Of a stretch of DNA of 64,000 nt, positions 31,619 to 40,927 are shown piece by piece. This stretch comes from Holophagales bacterium. Lineage in GTDB: Bacteria; Acidobacteriota; Thermoanaerobaculia; Multivoradales; Multivoraceae. The number at the start of each line of letters is the position of its first letter. Position 1 is the first letter of the stretch. The position numbers and the translations under genes were made by a program. Below the pieces are notes generated by a model, which was given only the letters and a program-made list of their open reading frames with translations, made no database searches and had not been told where the DNA came from. The stretch covers positions 273,463-337,462 of the forward strand of contig VXZQ01000017.1 in assembly GCA_009845425.1 (NCBI GenBank), read 5' to 3'.

Positions 31619-31966
31619 TCAGGTCCCGCCGGCCTCCGCCGCGAGGGCATCCTCCACCGTGTCGTACGTCGGGAACAGGGACGCGACGCCGGCGACGGTC
31701 AGCAACTGGACGATCCGTTCCGAAGGGCGGATCAGGATGAGCTTCCGTTCCTCCGCGCGGAGTCGGACCAGGTACCCGACGAGCTCACCGATGCCGGTCG
31801 AGTCCATGTAGTTGACGTCGGAGAGGTCGAGCAGGACATTCCCGTCGCCTTCCGCCAGGCTCCGCTTCAAGGCGTCCGCCAGGAACCGCGCGCTCTCTCC
31901 GAGCTTGATCACGCCCTCCACCGCCAGCAGGCTGGAATCGCCGATCTGCCGTTTGTTGATGATCAT
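31619..31966 (-). CDS. STAS-domain anti-sigma factor antagonist (SpoIIAA-like)
   Basis: 115 aa, LDLSDVNYMDSTGIGELV phosphorylatable-Ser region typical of anti-anti-sigma factors. Confidence 0.8.
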   Translation of the reverse strand: MIINKRQIGDSSLLAVEGVIKLGESARFLADALKRSLAEGDGNVLLDLSDVNYMDSTGIGELVGYLVRLRAEERKLILIRPSERIVQLLTVAGVASLFPTYDTVEDALAAEAGGT

Positions 31967-32001
31967 CGGTGGAACGCCAGGCGCGGCGGCGACTCCTGGA
32001 G

Positions 32002-32664
32002 CTAGCGGCTGAACCGACCCACGAATGTGCTCCGCTTGCCGGGACTCTTCCAGGTGGCGCCAAGGCCCGGACCCTGCCAGGTGTGTTCGATGGCGACGCC
32101 GGGCACTGCTCCGTCCGTCGGAGCCAGCGGTGGATAGAAGACCGTCTCGTTGCCGCAGAGGTGGTCCCGGTGATCGAGCGGCCGCGTCCTCACCGCGGCC
32201 AGGTCGCCCGCCGTGACCGACGCGGCTCCGTTCGGCCGCAGAGCGAACGTGACGTCCGCCGCCTCGACCCGGGCCACATCGGCAAGGAGCACTCCCCCCA
32301 TGCCGCGCGCGAATCCCTCGAGCGCCGAACGCTGCGACCGGTCCGCGGCCGCGTCGACGATCAGCACGGACTCCGTGGTTCGCGATTCGGTGTACGGATC
32401 GCCCAGAGTCGCATCCGAGCGGACGACCGCCAGCACCGAGAGGCCCGAGAGGTCGACGCCGTCCCAGCCGCCCGCTTCGATCCGCCAGGCCATGATCGCT
32501 TCGTTGCCGACCAGCCCGACTTCGGAGTTGGCGAAACAGGGACCGGTGTAAACGTCGGCGGTCCGGGCTTCGAGATAGGTGCCGGCAACCCCGGCCGCGC
32601 TGGCGGCGGAGGGCAGGACGACCAGAAGCAGGGCGGGGATAAGAGTCCGTGAAGCGAATCTCAT
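32002..32664 (-). CDS. secreted hypothetical protein (signal peptide), downstream of molybdo-hydroxylase genes
   Basis: ATG at 32664 (MRFASRTLIPALLLVVLPSAASAAG). No confident family assignment. Confidence 0.6.
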   Translation of the reverse strand: MRFASRTLIPALLLVVLPSAASAAGVAGTYLEARTADVYTGPCFANSEVGLVGNEAIMAWRIEAGGWDGVDLSGLSVLAVVRSDATLGDPYTESRTTESVLIVDAAADRSQRSALEGFARGMGGVLLADVARVEAADVTFALRPNGAASVTAGDLAAVRTRPLDHRDHLCGNETVFYPPLAPTDGAVPGVAIEHTWQGPGLGATWKSPGKRSTFVGRFSR

Positions 32665-32909
32665 GTCGGCAGGTCTCCGTGGCTCTCGAAACACCGGCGG
32701 CCTTCCCGGCAGTCCTCGCGGGAGGCTACCGCGCCGTCGGGCCCGAGACAGTTCATGCTGTGCGTACACCAGACGAAGCCGTCGTCGATCTCGTGCTGGG
32801 GGTCGAGGTCCGCGCCCGGCTCCACCGGCGCCAGGGCCATGAACATCGTCTTCCAGCGCAGCCGCCGGCAGAGCTGCGGAGCCTGTGGAGCAGGGAGTCG
32901 GTCGGCCAT
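32661..32909 (-). CDS. small Cys-containing hypothetical protein (4 Cys: C..C...C-x5-C)
   Basis: Coding-like ORF between the FAD-subunit gene and the secreted protein gene. Its stop overlaps the downstream start (ATGA). The start is ambiguous (MADRLP or MFMALAP). Confidence 0.45.
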   Translation of the reverse strand: MADRLPAPQAPQLCRRLRWKTMFMALAPVEPGADLDPQHEIDDGFVWCTHSMNCLGPDGAVASREDCREGRRCFESHGDLPT

Positions 32910-32913
32910 CGCT

Positions 32914-33888
32914 TCAGATCTCCATCCCGGCGGCCTGGCCGAGCGCTCGCCGCACCGCGGTCCGGGCAAGCTGGACCTTGTATCGGTTGCCGCTCATCGG
33001 CCGGGCGTCTTCCACCGCCGCATCCGCGGCCGCCGCGACCGTCTCCGGCGTCAGTTCCTGCCCGGACAGAAGGTCACCCGCCGCTGCCGCCACATGCGGC
33101 GTCGGAGCCGCGTGACCGAGCACGATCCGCGCCTTCTCCGCTCGCGGTCCCGAGCCTGTCAGCGTCACCGCGGCCGCCATCAGCGGCCAGTCCAGCGAGC
33201 GGCGCTGGCGGACTTCGTACACGGCCGACCGGGATCCGTCGACGTTCGCTTCGACGCCGGCGAGGAGTTCGCCCGGCGCCAGCGTGTTCTCGCGCTCTTC
33301 GGCGGTTTGGGGCGCCTGGTACAGCGCCTCTACCGGCAGCCGGCGCTCACCGGCGGGCCCGTGAACCACCGCTTCCGCCCCGAGGGCGACCAGCAGCGGC
33401 GCGAGGCTGGAAGGGTTGACGAAGCGGGCCTGCCCCGTGGGGAAGATCGCGTGGTAGCGGTTGTCGCCCTCGGCGACCATCGAGCGGCCGTCGGCGGCCA
33501 GCGCCAGGAGGCCGAAGCCCCGGCGGTAGTACCAGCACCGGGGCCGCTGGAGCAGATCGCCGCCGACCGTGCCCATCTCCCGCAACTGCGGGCTGGCCAC
33601 TCCGTCGATGGCCATCGCCAGAGCGGGCAGGGCCGCGATCGCGCCGTCGTGGTCCCGCAGTTCCTGCAGGGTCGTCATGGCGCCGATGCGGAGCATGCCG
33701 CCGTCCAGCTCGATCCCGGAGAGACCCGCCACGCCGCGAAGCGCGACCAGGCGGTCGACCCGCTCGACGTCGTCCTTGAGCAGGCTCAGAAGATCCGTCC
33801 CGCCGGCCAGCGCCTCGCTGCCCTCCGCTGCCAGCAGGCCGACCGCCTGTTCCACGGTCGCCGGCGCCGCGTAGCCGAACGGGCGCAT
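32914..33888 (-). CDS. xanthine dehydrogenase-family FAD-binding (medium) subunit, CoxM/PaoB-like
   Basis: FAD-binding PCMH-type MRPFGYAAPATVEQAVGLLA...ALAGGTDL. ATG at 33888 overlaps the stop of the large-subunit gene. Confidence 0.88.
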   Translation of the reverse strand: MRPFGYAAPATVEQAVGLLAAEGSEALAGGTDLLSLLKDDVERVDRLVALRGVAGLSGIELDGGMLRIGAMTTLQELRDHDGAIAALPALAMAIDGVASPQLREMGTVGGDLLQRPRCWYYRRGFGLLALAADGRSMVAEGDNRYHAIFPTGQARFVNPSSLAPLLVALGAEAVVHGPAGERRLPVEALYQAPQTAEERENTLAPGELLAGVEANVDGSRSAVYEVRQRRSLDWPLMAAAVTLTGSGPRAEKARIVLGHAAPTPHVAAAAGDLLSGQELTPETVAAAADAAVEDARPMSGNRYKVQLARTAVRRALGQAAGMEI

Positions 33889-36017
33889 CAGGCCGGCCCT
33901 CCACGTCCGGCCAGCGCATCCAGAACCCGGTCGGGCGTCAACGGCAGATAGGGCACCCGGACGCCGATGGCGTTCGCCACCGCGTTGCTGATCGCGGCGC
34001 CGGGCGATATGACCGGCGGTTCGCCGAGGCCGATCACGCCGCGCTCGTCGTAGCCCGGGCCGGTCATCATGTGGACCTCGAGCGACCCCACATCGACCAG
34101 ACCGGCGAGCTTGTAGAACTCCATGTCCGCGTTCAGCAGCCTGCCGCTCACCGGATCCGGAATCCACTCCTCGTAGAGCGCGTAGCCGACGCCCATGATC
34201 AGGCCGCCGTACACCTGGCTCTCGGCCAGCCGGCGATTGATGATCAGGCCGCAGTCCTGGACCGCGATCATCCGCTCGACGTGCACGACACCGGTGTCGA
34301 TATCGACCTCCACTTCGGCGATCTGGACACCGCCCACGCCGCTCGATATCAGCCGGCCGGGGCCGGGATTCCGGCCCTGAACGCTGATCGGCGCGCCGCC
34401 GATCTGCGCCGCCGCCTCGCGCCAGGACATCCCGCGGGAGGAGTCGCCGTCCACGAACACCCGGCCACCCTCGGCAACCAGTTGCTCCGGCTCGGCCTCG
34501 AGTCGCGGCGCCACGTGGACGAGCACCTCGCGCAGGGCGTCCTGCGCGGCCCGCCGGGTCGAAGCGGTTACTCCGCCGACCGTCGAACTGCCGCCGGAGG
34601 GACCCGACTGCGGATACACGTTGTCGCCCAGGGACACCCGCACCTGGTGGAGCTCGAGGCCGAACGTCTCGGCGAGCACCTGGGCCACGATCGTGCGAGT
34701 CCCGGTTCCAATGTCCTGACTGCCAATCCGCGCTTCGACCGCGCCGTCCGGATGCACCGTCACGTCGCAGTTGCTCGAGTGGCCGCGCCCGCCCCAGGTG
34801 TGAACGGAGACGCCGAGCCCCCGCTGAACAGCGCCCTCGCGCTCACGCCCGCGGGGCTGCCAGCGCTCCTTCCAGGACGCCATCTCGGCGGCGGTCGCCA
34901 GTTGCTCCCGGTAAGTGTCCGGCCGCCCGGTCAGGTCCAGGTTGCGTTCGAGAAAGTCGATCGGATCGAGACCCAGTTCGTCCGCCAGGTCGTCCAGCAC
35001 GGCCATCGTCAGGAAGCAGGCCTGCGGATGGTTGGGCGCCCGCCAGGCCCTGGAGCCGGCCAGGTTCGTCGGCACGGAGGTATGGCGGGTGCGGCGGTTC
35101 GGCAACCTGCTGAAGACGTACGGCAGCGGCGTCTGGCCCGTGCCCGGAAGGCCTCCCGAACCCCAGGAGTCCGAATCCCACGCCACGAGCTTGCCCTGCT
35201 CGTCGGCCGCCGCCCGGATGCGGGCGAAGGCGGATGGCCGGCTGCCCGCGACCGTCACCTCCTGGTCCCTTTCGAGGAAGAGCTTCACCGGCGCGTTCGC
35301 CTTGCGCGCGAGCTCGGCGCCGACGATGCCCCAACGATCGGGCGAGAACTTGGAACCGAAGCCGCCGCCCATGTACTCGGTCCGGATCCGGACCTGGCTC
35401 GCCGGCACGCCGAGTTCCGTCGCGAACTGCCCGGCCAGGGTCGAAACCGCCTGGGTCGATGCGTGAACCTCCAGCTCGTCCCCGGCCCAGGAACAGACCT
35501 GGCCATGCGGCTCCAGGCACATGTGGGCCATCTGGGGCATGCCAAGCGTCCGCTGCACCGTGCGGTGAGCGGTGGCGAAGGCGGCGTCGGGATCGCCCTC
35601 CGCCCTCTCCCCGGCCTCCCTGGCGCCGGGAGCCTGATCGCGGTCCTCTTCCGTGACGAAGTGCGGAAGGACCTCGTACTCGACCCGAATCGCCCGCAGG
35701 GCGTCCCGGGCCACGTCCTCGGTGACGGCGGCGACGGCCGCGACCTCGTCGCCGGCCCACTGGATCTCGGAGCCCTCGCCCTGGATCACGTGGACCACGC
35801 GCACACCGGCCATGGCCTCGGCGGCCGAGGTATCGATCCGGACGATCCGGGCGTGGGCATGCGGGCAGGTCAGGATCTTCGCGGCCAGCAGGCCCCTCGG
35901 GTTCTGGTCGGACGGGTACTTCGCGAACCCGGTCGACTTGACCGGACCGTCGAGTCGCGCCGGCCGGGCTCCGATCTGGGCCCTCCGGTCCGCCTCCGGC
36001 CACGAGTAGTCAGCCAC
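33888..36017 (-). CDS. xanthine dehydrogenase-family molybdopterin-binding (large) subunit, CoxL/PaoC-like
   Basis: 709 aa with typical aldehyde oxidase/xanthine dehydrogenase a/b hammerhead and MoCo-binding regions. Confidence 0.9.
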   Translation of the reverse strand: MADYSWPEADRRAQIGARPARLDGPVKSTGFAKYPSDQNPRGLLAAKILTCPHAHARIVRIDTSAAEAMAGVRVVHVIQGEGSEIQWAGDEVAAVAAVTEDVARDALRAIRVEYEVLPHFVTEEDRDQAPGAREAGERAEGDPDAAFATAHRTVQRTLGMPQMAHMCLEPHGQVCSWAGDELEVHASTQAVSTLAGQFATELGVPASQVRIRTEYMGGGFGSKFSPDRWGIVGAELARKANAPVKLFLERDQEVTVAGSRPSAFARIRAAADEQGKLVAWDSDSWGSGGLPGTGQTPLPYVFSRLPNRRTRHTSVPTNLAGSRAWRAPNHPQACFLTMAVLDDLADELGLDPIDFLERNLDLTGRPDTYREQLATAAEMASWKERWQPRGREREGAVQRGLGVSVHTWGGRGHSSNCDVTVHPDGAVEARIGSQDIGTGTRTIVAQVLAETFGLELHQVRVSLGDNVYPQSGPSGGSSTVGGVTASTRRAAQDALREVLVHVAPRLEAEPEQLVAEGGRVFVDGDSSRGMSWREAAAQIGGAPISVQGRNPGPGRLISSGVGGVQIAEVEVDIDTGVVHVERMIAVQDCGLIINRRLAESQVYGGLIMGVGYALYEEWIPDPVSGRLLNADMEFYKLAGLVDVGSLEVHMMTGPGYDERGVIGLGEPPVISPGAAISNAVANAIGVRVPYLPLTPDRVLDALAGRGGPA

Positions 36018-36657
36018 CGGTCACTCCTCCGCCCTTGCCGCCGGCGACCACGGCGCGAATGCCCTTGTAGGTCCCGCAGCGGCAGAAGTTGCCGCCAAGG
36101 CCCGCTTCGATCTCCGGTTCCGAAGGCGCCGGGTGACGCGCGAGCAAGGCCGCGGTCGCCACGACGAACCCGGGTGTGCAGTACCCGCACTGCTGCGCGT
36201 CGTGGTCGACGAAGGCCTGCTGCACGTCGTGCATGGCGTCCGGCGAGCCCAGTCCCTCGACCGTCGTGATGCTGCGTCCCGCGGACTCGATCATCAGCCG
36301 GCTGCACGCGTAGATCGGGCGGCCGTCCTCGAGCACGGTGCAGGCGCCGCAGGTGCCGCGGTCGCAGACCCGTTTCGGACCGGTCACGTCCAGCCGATCG
36401 CGCAGGCCGTCGAGCAGGGTGACCCGCGGCTCCACCGCGAGCCGGCTGGCAACGCCGTTCACCTCGAGTTCGATCTCGACCGGACCCGGACCGACCGTTT
36501 CCGTCGCGTCCGCGTCGGCCGCCGCGGCGCCGGCCTCGCCGGTCAGCAGGCCCGTGGCCAGACCGCCCGAGAGGGCGCCCGCGGCGCCGCCGCGCAGGAA
36601 CGACCGACGAGAGAATCCTGATCGCTTTGCGTCGTCCGTCACGCGCCTACCCTTCAT
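36010..36657 (-). CDS. (2Fe-2S)-binding small subunit with Tat signal peptide (PaoA-like)
   Basis: Twin-arginine SRRSFLRGGAAG. Two [2Fe-2S] motifs (CDRGTCGACTV and CGYCTPG...CRCGTY). Confidence 0.9.
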   Translation of the reverse strand: MKGRRVTDDAKRSGFSRRSFLRGGAAGALSGGLATGLLTGEAGAAAADADATETVGPGPVEIELEVNGVASRLAVEPRVTLLDGLRDRLDVTGPKRVCDRGTCGACTVLEDGRPIYACSRLMIESAGRSITTVEGLGSPDAMHDVQQAFVDHDAQQCGYCTPGFVVATAALLARHPAPSEPEIEAGLGGNFCRCGTYKGIRAVVAGGKGGGVTGG

Positions 36658-36711
36658 CTACGCCCAACTGAATCGAAGCGAATCGGAAGCCGCCACTCTA
36701 CCAGCTAAGCC

Positions 36712-37833
36712 CTAGGAACTTGCTCCCGCGTCGCGATGTCGAAGCCGGCGACACACCTCGACGAACTGGGACAGCCCGTCCGCGGTCAGCATCCCCTGCA
36801 ACTCATGGTCGCGAACGACCCAGAGCGCACGCGCCGGACTCTGGAGATCCCGCAACACGTCCAGCAGGTCGCAGTCCTCCGCCACCGTCAGCGGGTCCCG
36901 GTTCATGAGCTCCAGCAGGGGCGTGTCGCTCGGAAACCGGGTCACCGATTCGAGCAGGCGGTCGCGGTCCACTTCGCCGGCCACCCTGCCCCAGCCGTCG
37001 ACCACCGGGAACTGGCGCTGCGTGGTCGAGAGCAGCAGGCGGACCGCCCACTCGATCGTGTCCTGGGGCGCCAGGCGCTCGCAGCGGGTCATCATCGCTT
37101 CGCCCGCCCGGCGACCCTGCAGCACCTGGAGCGTCTTGACCAGAGAGGACTCCCGACTCGCGCCCACGAGAATGAAGAAGGCAGTCAGGAACAGGAACAG
37201 GTTGAACGCCACACCGAACTGCCAGGGGATGAGAGCGGCGAGACCGAGAAGACCGGAGAGCACCATGCCCAATCGGGTGGCGACCTTGGTCGCCCGCTCC
37301 TGCCCCATGGCGAACGAGAGAGCCGAACGAAGGATGCGGCCGCCGTCAAGCGGGAACGCGGGGAGCAGATTCAGCGCGAACAGCAGGAGATTGCCGACCA
37401 GCAGCCACTGCAGCGCCGACGGCACGTCGACGACCGCTCCCGCGCCCAACGGCGGCAGCCCCGCGACCGTCAGCCCGACGAAGAGCACGATCGCCAGTGC
37501 CAGATTGAGCAGGGGACCGGCGGCGGCGATCGCCAACTCGACCATGCCCTTGGGATAGCCGTCCAGGCGCGCCACGCCGCAGACCGGAGTGAGGACGATG
37601 TCGCGCGTCTCAATGCCGAAGCGCCGCGCCATGAGGGCATGGCCCAGTTCGTGGACGATGACGCTCGCCAGCAGGCCGACGACGACGAACGTCAGCAACA
37701 GCGCGCTGCTGCCCATGTCCGGCGCCAGCACCGCGAGCCAGACGAACAGGAGGATGAAGGTGAAGTGGATCCGCACCCTGATCCCGAACAGGGTCAGCAT
37801 GTGGAACGCGAGGCCGCGCGCCAGGGGTCTCAT
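36712..37833 (-). CDS. site-2 protease family (M50) zinc metallopeptidase with C-terminal CBS pair
   Basis: HELGHALMARRFG HExxH motif within TM helices. LDGG motif. C-terminal CBS-like region. ATG at 37833. The upstream 71 aa of the track ORF is Arg-rich frame noise. Confidence 0.85.
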   Translation of the reverse strand: MRPLARGLAFHMLTLFGIRVRIHFTFILLFVWLAVLAPDMGSSALLLTFVVVGLLASVIVHELGHALMARRFGIETRDIVLTPVCGVARLDGYPKGMVELAIAAAGPLLNLALAIVLFVGLTVAGLPPLGAGAVVDVPSALQWLLVGNLLLFALNLLPAFPLDGGRILRSALSFAMGQERATKVATRLGMVLSGLLGLAALIPWQFGVAFNLFLFLTAFFILVGASRESSLVKTLQVLQGRRAGEAMMTRCERLAPQDTIEWAVRLLLSTTQRQFPVVDGWGRVAGEVDRDRLLESVTRFPSDTPLLELMNRDPLTVAEDCDLLDVLRDLQSPARALWVVRDHELQGMLTADGLSQFVEVCRRLRHRDAGASS

Positions 37834-39032
37834 CTCGCTCGACCTCCGGCAGCGAAGGACGGAGCGACGTGCCCGGTCGACCGGCTGAGAACGCGGACGA
37901 GGCCCTCGAGCCCTGAAGCCAGCACCTCGTCGCTGCAGGCGAAAGACAGCCGCAGGTGACCCTCGCAGCCGAAGGCGGAACCGGGCGTGGCGGCGACGCG
38001 CGCCTCGTCCAGCAGGCGGCGGCAGAGGGAAGCGGAGTCGGAACACGACTCGTCGAGGCAGGCCCTCACGTCCGGGAAGGCGTAGAACGCCCCGGCCGGC
38101 GGCGGACAGACGACTCCGGGCACCCGGCCCAGTTCCCGGAGCACGAGTTGCCGGCGGCGCGCGCAGGCCGCGACCAGTGCCGCCGACTCGGGCGGCTCCT
38201 CCGCCAGAACCGCTTCAGCCCCGGCCATCGCGAAGGAGGTCGCGTTCGAGGTCACGTGGCTCTGAACGGCGGCCGCGGCCGCGACCACTTCGGCCGAACC
38301 GAGCAGATAGCCCACTCGCCAGCCGGTCATGGCGTAGCTCTTCGAGAACGAGCCGACCAGCACCACCGTGTCCGGGTAGCGGGCCGCCAGCGCCGCGACG
38401 CTGGCGTGCCGCCGGCCGTCGTAGACGAAGCGCTCGTAGGTCTCGTCCGAGATGAGGAGCGCCCCCCGCTCGGCGCAGGCCGAGGCCACGCGTTCCAGAT
38501 CGAGGATAGAGGCCACGGCTCCAGTCGGATTGCACGGCGTGTTGACGATCACCGCCCGGGTCCGCTGCGTCATCGCCTCGATGAGCGGCTGGGCCCGGAT
38601 GGCGAAGCCGTCCTCCGCCGCCATCGGCACAGTCACCGCCTCGGCCCCCGCGAGTCGCACCTGGGCCGGAATGCTGACCCAGGCCGGCGTGGGTATCACC
38701 GCTTCGTCGCCCGGGCCCAGAAACGCCCGGGCAAGCTGGTACAGGGCCGCCTTCGCGCCCACCGTGACCAGCACGTTGGCCACGCTCCAGGGCGCTCCAG
38801 AGGCGCCGTACCGTTCCGCCAAAGCCGCTCTCAACTCGTTCGTGCCCTCCAGGACCGTATACTTCGTCCTGCCCTCGTCGAGGGCTCGCTGCGCAGCCTT
38901 CACGGCTGTCTCGGGCGAGGGGAAGTCGGGCTCTCCGGCTCCCAGGTCTAGGACCTCGATTCCCTCGCTGCGAAGCTCGGCAACCCGCCGGGAAACCGCC
39001 ATCGTCGCCGACTCGCGCTCACCGGAAGCCAT
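37830..39032 (-). CDS. pyridoxal phosphate-dependent aminotransferase (class I, AspAT-like)
   Basis: GAGEPDF, NTPCNPTG and SFSKSYAMTGWRVGY (PLP Lys) motifs. Start at 39032 or 39000. The track ORF's upstream extension is rejected. Confidence 0.85.
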   Translation of the reverse strand: MASGERESATMAVSRRVAELRSEGIEVLDLGAGEPDFPSPETAVKAAQRALDEGRTKYTVLEGTNELRAALAERYGASGAPWSVANVLVTVGAKAALYQLARAFLGPGDEAVIPTPAWVSIPAQVRLAGAEAVTVPMAAEDGFAIRAQPLIEAMTQRTRAVIVNTPCNPTGAVASILDLERVASACAERGALLISDETYERFVYDGRRHASVAALAARYPDTVVLVGSFSKSYAMTGWRVGYLLGSAEVVAAAAAVQSHVTSNATSFAMAGAEAVLAEEPPESAALVAACARRRQLVLRELGRVPGVVCPPPAGAFYAFPDVRACLDESCSDSASLCRRLLDEARVAATPGSAFGCEGHLRLSFACSDEVLASGLEGLVRVLSRSTGHVAPSFAAGGRAR

Positions 39033-40920
39033 GGAACAGGATCGTAACAGCGGCAAGGCGCTCCGAACCGCCGTCCTTTTCGTCGCGGCAACGGCTCTGG
39101 CCGTGGCGGCGAGCGGCCAGTTCAGACCGCCCCCCAAGGCCTCGGTCGAGGCCTTCACCGACCTTTCGTCCTACGCCGCCGGTACGTCGGTCCGCATCGC
39201 CGCCGTGGTGACGATCGACGAGGGATGGCACATCCAGAGCCATACGCCGAGCTACGAGTACCTGATTCCCACCGAACTCGCCCTGGAGTTGCCGGAGGGC
39301 TGGCCCCAGGCTGTCATCCGCTATCCCGCCCACATCATGTGGCAGTCGCAGTTCGCGGAGGATCCGCTCGCGGCCTACGAGCACGAAGCGGTGATCCACG
39401 TCGACGTGGAACTGCCGGCCGACGTCGCGCCCGGCGGCGTCGAGGTGCCGGTCGAACTCCTGTACCAGGCCTGCGACGAACTCGTCTGCCTGCCGCCCAC
39501 CACCGCCGAAACGACGGTTCGGCTCGAGATCGGCGAGGCCGGCGAGCCGACCGGTCATCCCGCCTTCGAGGCCGCGCCGGCGCCGCCACCCCCGACCGGC
39601 GGGGGCCTGAGCCTCCTCGCCGCGCTGATCCCGGCGCTGCTGGGCGGCCTGATCCTGAACGGCATGCCGTGCGTCCTGCCGATCGTCTCGCTCAAGCTCT
39701 TCGGGTTCGCTCAGGCATCGGGCAGACCGCGCCGGGAGATCGTGGGCGGCGCGCTGATGACGACCCTGGGCATCCTGGTCTCGTTCTGGGCACTGGCCGC
39801 CGCAACTCTCCTCGCCCGCTCGGCCGGGCAGGCGGTGGGATGGGGCATTCAGTTCCAGAACCCCGTGTTCGTGACCTTCCTGGCCCTGGTACTGACCCTG
39901 TTCAGCCTGAACGTTTGGGGTCTCTTCGAGATCCAGTTGCCGCACGCACTAGCCAGCCGGCTGGGCGGCCACACGCATTCTGCGGACGAAGGGCACTCGC
40001 ACTCACACTCGCATTCGCACTCAGCGCCCGCCGCCACCCATCAGGCCGGCGGCGGAGGTGGATACTCCGGGCACTTCTTCTCCGGCGTGTTCGCCACCCT
40101 GATGGCCACGCCCTGCTCGGCGCCCTTCCTGGGCACCGCGGTCGGCTTCGCGTTGAGCCAGCCGGCGACCACGATCGTCTTCGTGTTCACGGCGGTCGGC
40201 ATCGGCCTCGCCACACCGTACCTGCTGCTGGCCGCCATGCCCCGCGCCACGCGGCTGCTGCCACGGCCCGGCGAGTGGATGGTGACGCTGCGCGGCGTCA
40301 TGGGCTTCCTGATTGCCGGCACGACGATCTGGCTGCTCTACGTACTCGCGGCCCAGATGGACAGCGCCCGGCTCGCCTTCCTGGAAGTCGGCCTGCTCAC
40401 CCTGGCCCTCTTCATCTGGCTGCAGAGCCGGAGCCAGAAGATGGCCCTGCGCGTCTTCGGTCGCGCCGGCGCGGCGGTAGCTGCCGTCCTGGTGCTGCTG
40501 CTCGCGAACGGCGCGACCGCCCAATCGCGCGGCCCCGGCGCTGCGGCAGGTGGCGTGCAGGTCCTGGACTGGGTGCCGTGGGACCCGGTCCAGGCCGAGA
40601 CGCTCGCCGCCGAGGGCCGGCTGGTCTTCGTCGACGTCACCGCGGACTGGTGCGCGACGTGCAAGGTGAACGAGCGGCTGGTGCTCGAGACCGACGAGAC
40701 GGCCGAGCTCTTCGACCGCTACGACGTGGTCGCGATGAAGGCCGACTGGACCAACCGGAACGACGACATCGCCCGCTACCTGGCGAGCTTCGGCCGCTAC
40801 GGCATTCCCTTCTACGCCCTCTACCGCCCGGGACAGGAGCCCCACGTGTTCAGCGAACTGCTGCGCGGCGGCAGGCTGGAGGAAGCGATCAGGACCTCAG
40901 CCGGCGGCGCGGCCGGCTGA
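39031..40920 (+). CDS. dsbD: thiol:disulfide interchange protein DsbD (N-terminal DsbD-alpha domain, CcdA-like TM core, C-terminal thioredoxin domain)
   Basis: ATG at 39031, followed by signal peptide LRTAVLFVAATALAVAASG. TM Cys motifs GMPCVLP and PCSAPF. C-terminal WCATCK. Contains an (HS)5 insertion. Confidence 0.88.
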   Translation: MEQDRNSGKALRTAVLFVAATALAVAASGQFRPPPKASVEAFTDLSSYAAGTSVRIAAVVTIDEGWHIQSHTPSYEYLIPTELALELPEGWPQAVIRYPAHIMWQSQFAEDPLAAYEHEAVIHVDVELPADVAPGGVEVPVELLYQACDELVCLPPTTAETTVRLEIGEAGEPTGHPAFEAAPAPPPPTGGGLSLLAALIPALLGGLILNGMPCVLPIVSLKLFGFAQASGRPRREIVGGALMTTLGILVSFWALAAATLLARSAGQAVGWGIQFQNPVFVTFLALVLTLFSLNVWGLFEIQLPHALASRLGGHTHSADEGHSHSHSHSHSAPAATHQAGGGGGYSGHFFSGVFATLMATPCSAPFLGTAVGFALSQPATTIVFVFTAVGIGLATPYLLLAAMPRATRLLPRPGEWMVTLRGVMGFLIAGTTIWLLYVLAAQMDSARLAFLEVGLLTLALFIWLQSRSQKMALRVFGRAGAAVAAVLVLLLANGATAQSRGPGAAAGGVQVLDWVPWDPVQAETLAAEGRLVFVDVTADWCATCKVNERLVLETDETAELFDRYDVVAMKADWTNRNDDIARYLASFGRYGIPFYALYRPGQEPHVFSELLRGGRLEEAIRTSAGGAAG

Positions 40921-40927
40921 GACGCGC

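Noticed and set aside
38452-39030. N-terminal 193-aa extension of the DsbD ORF in the track
   Set aside because: It overlaps the aminotransferase on the opposite strand. A canonical ATG plus signal peptide at 39031 marks the true DsbD start.
39985-40025. Short hexanucleotide repeat considered as a CRISPR-like or minisatellite element
   Set aside because: There are only five imperfect 6-nt units with no spacers. It is in frame within dsbD, encoding an HSHSHS tract. It is not a CRISPR array.
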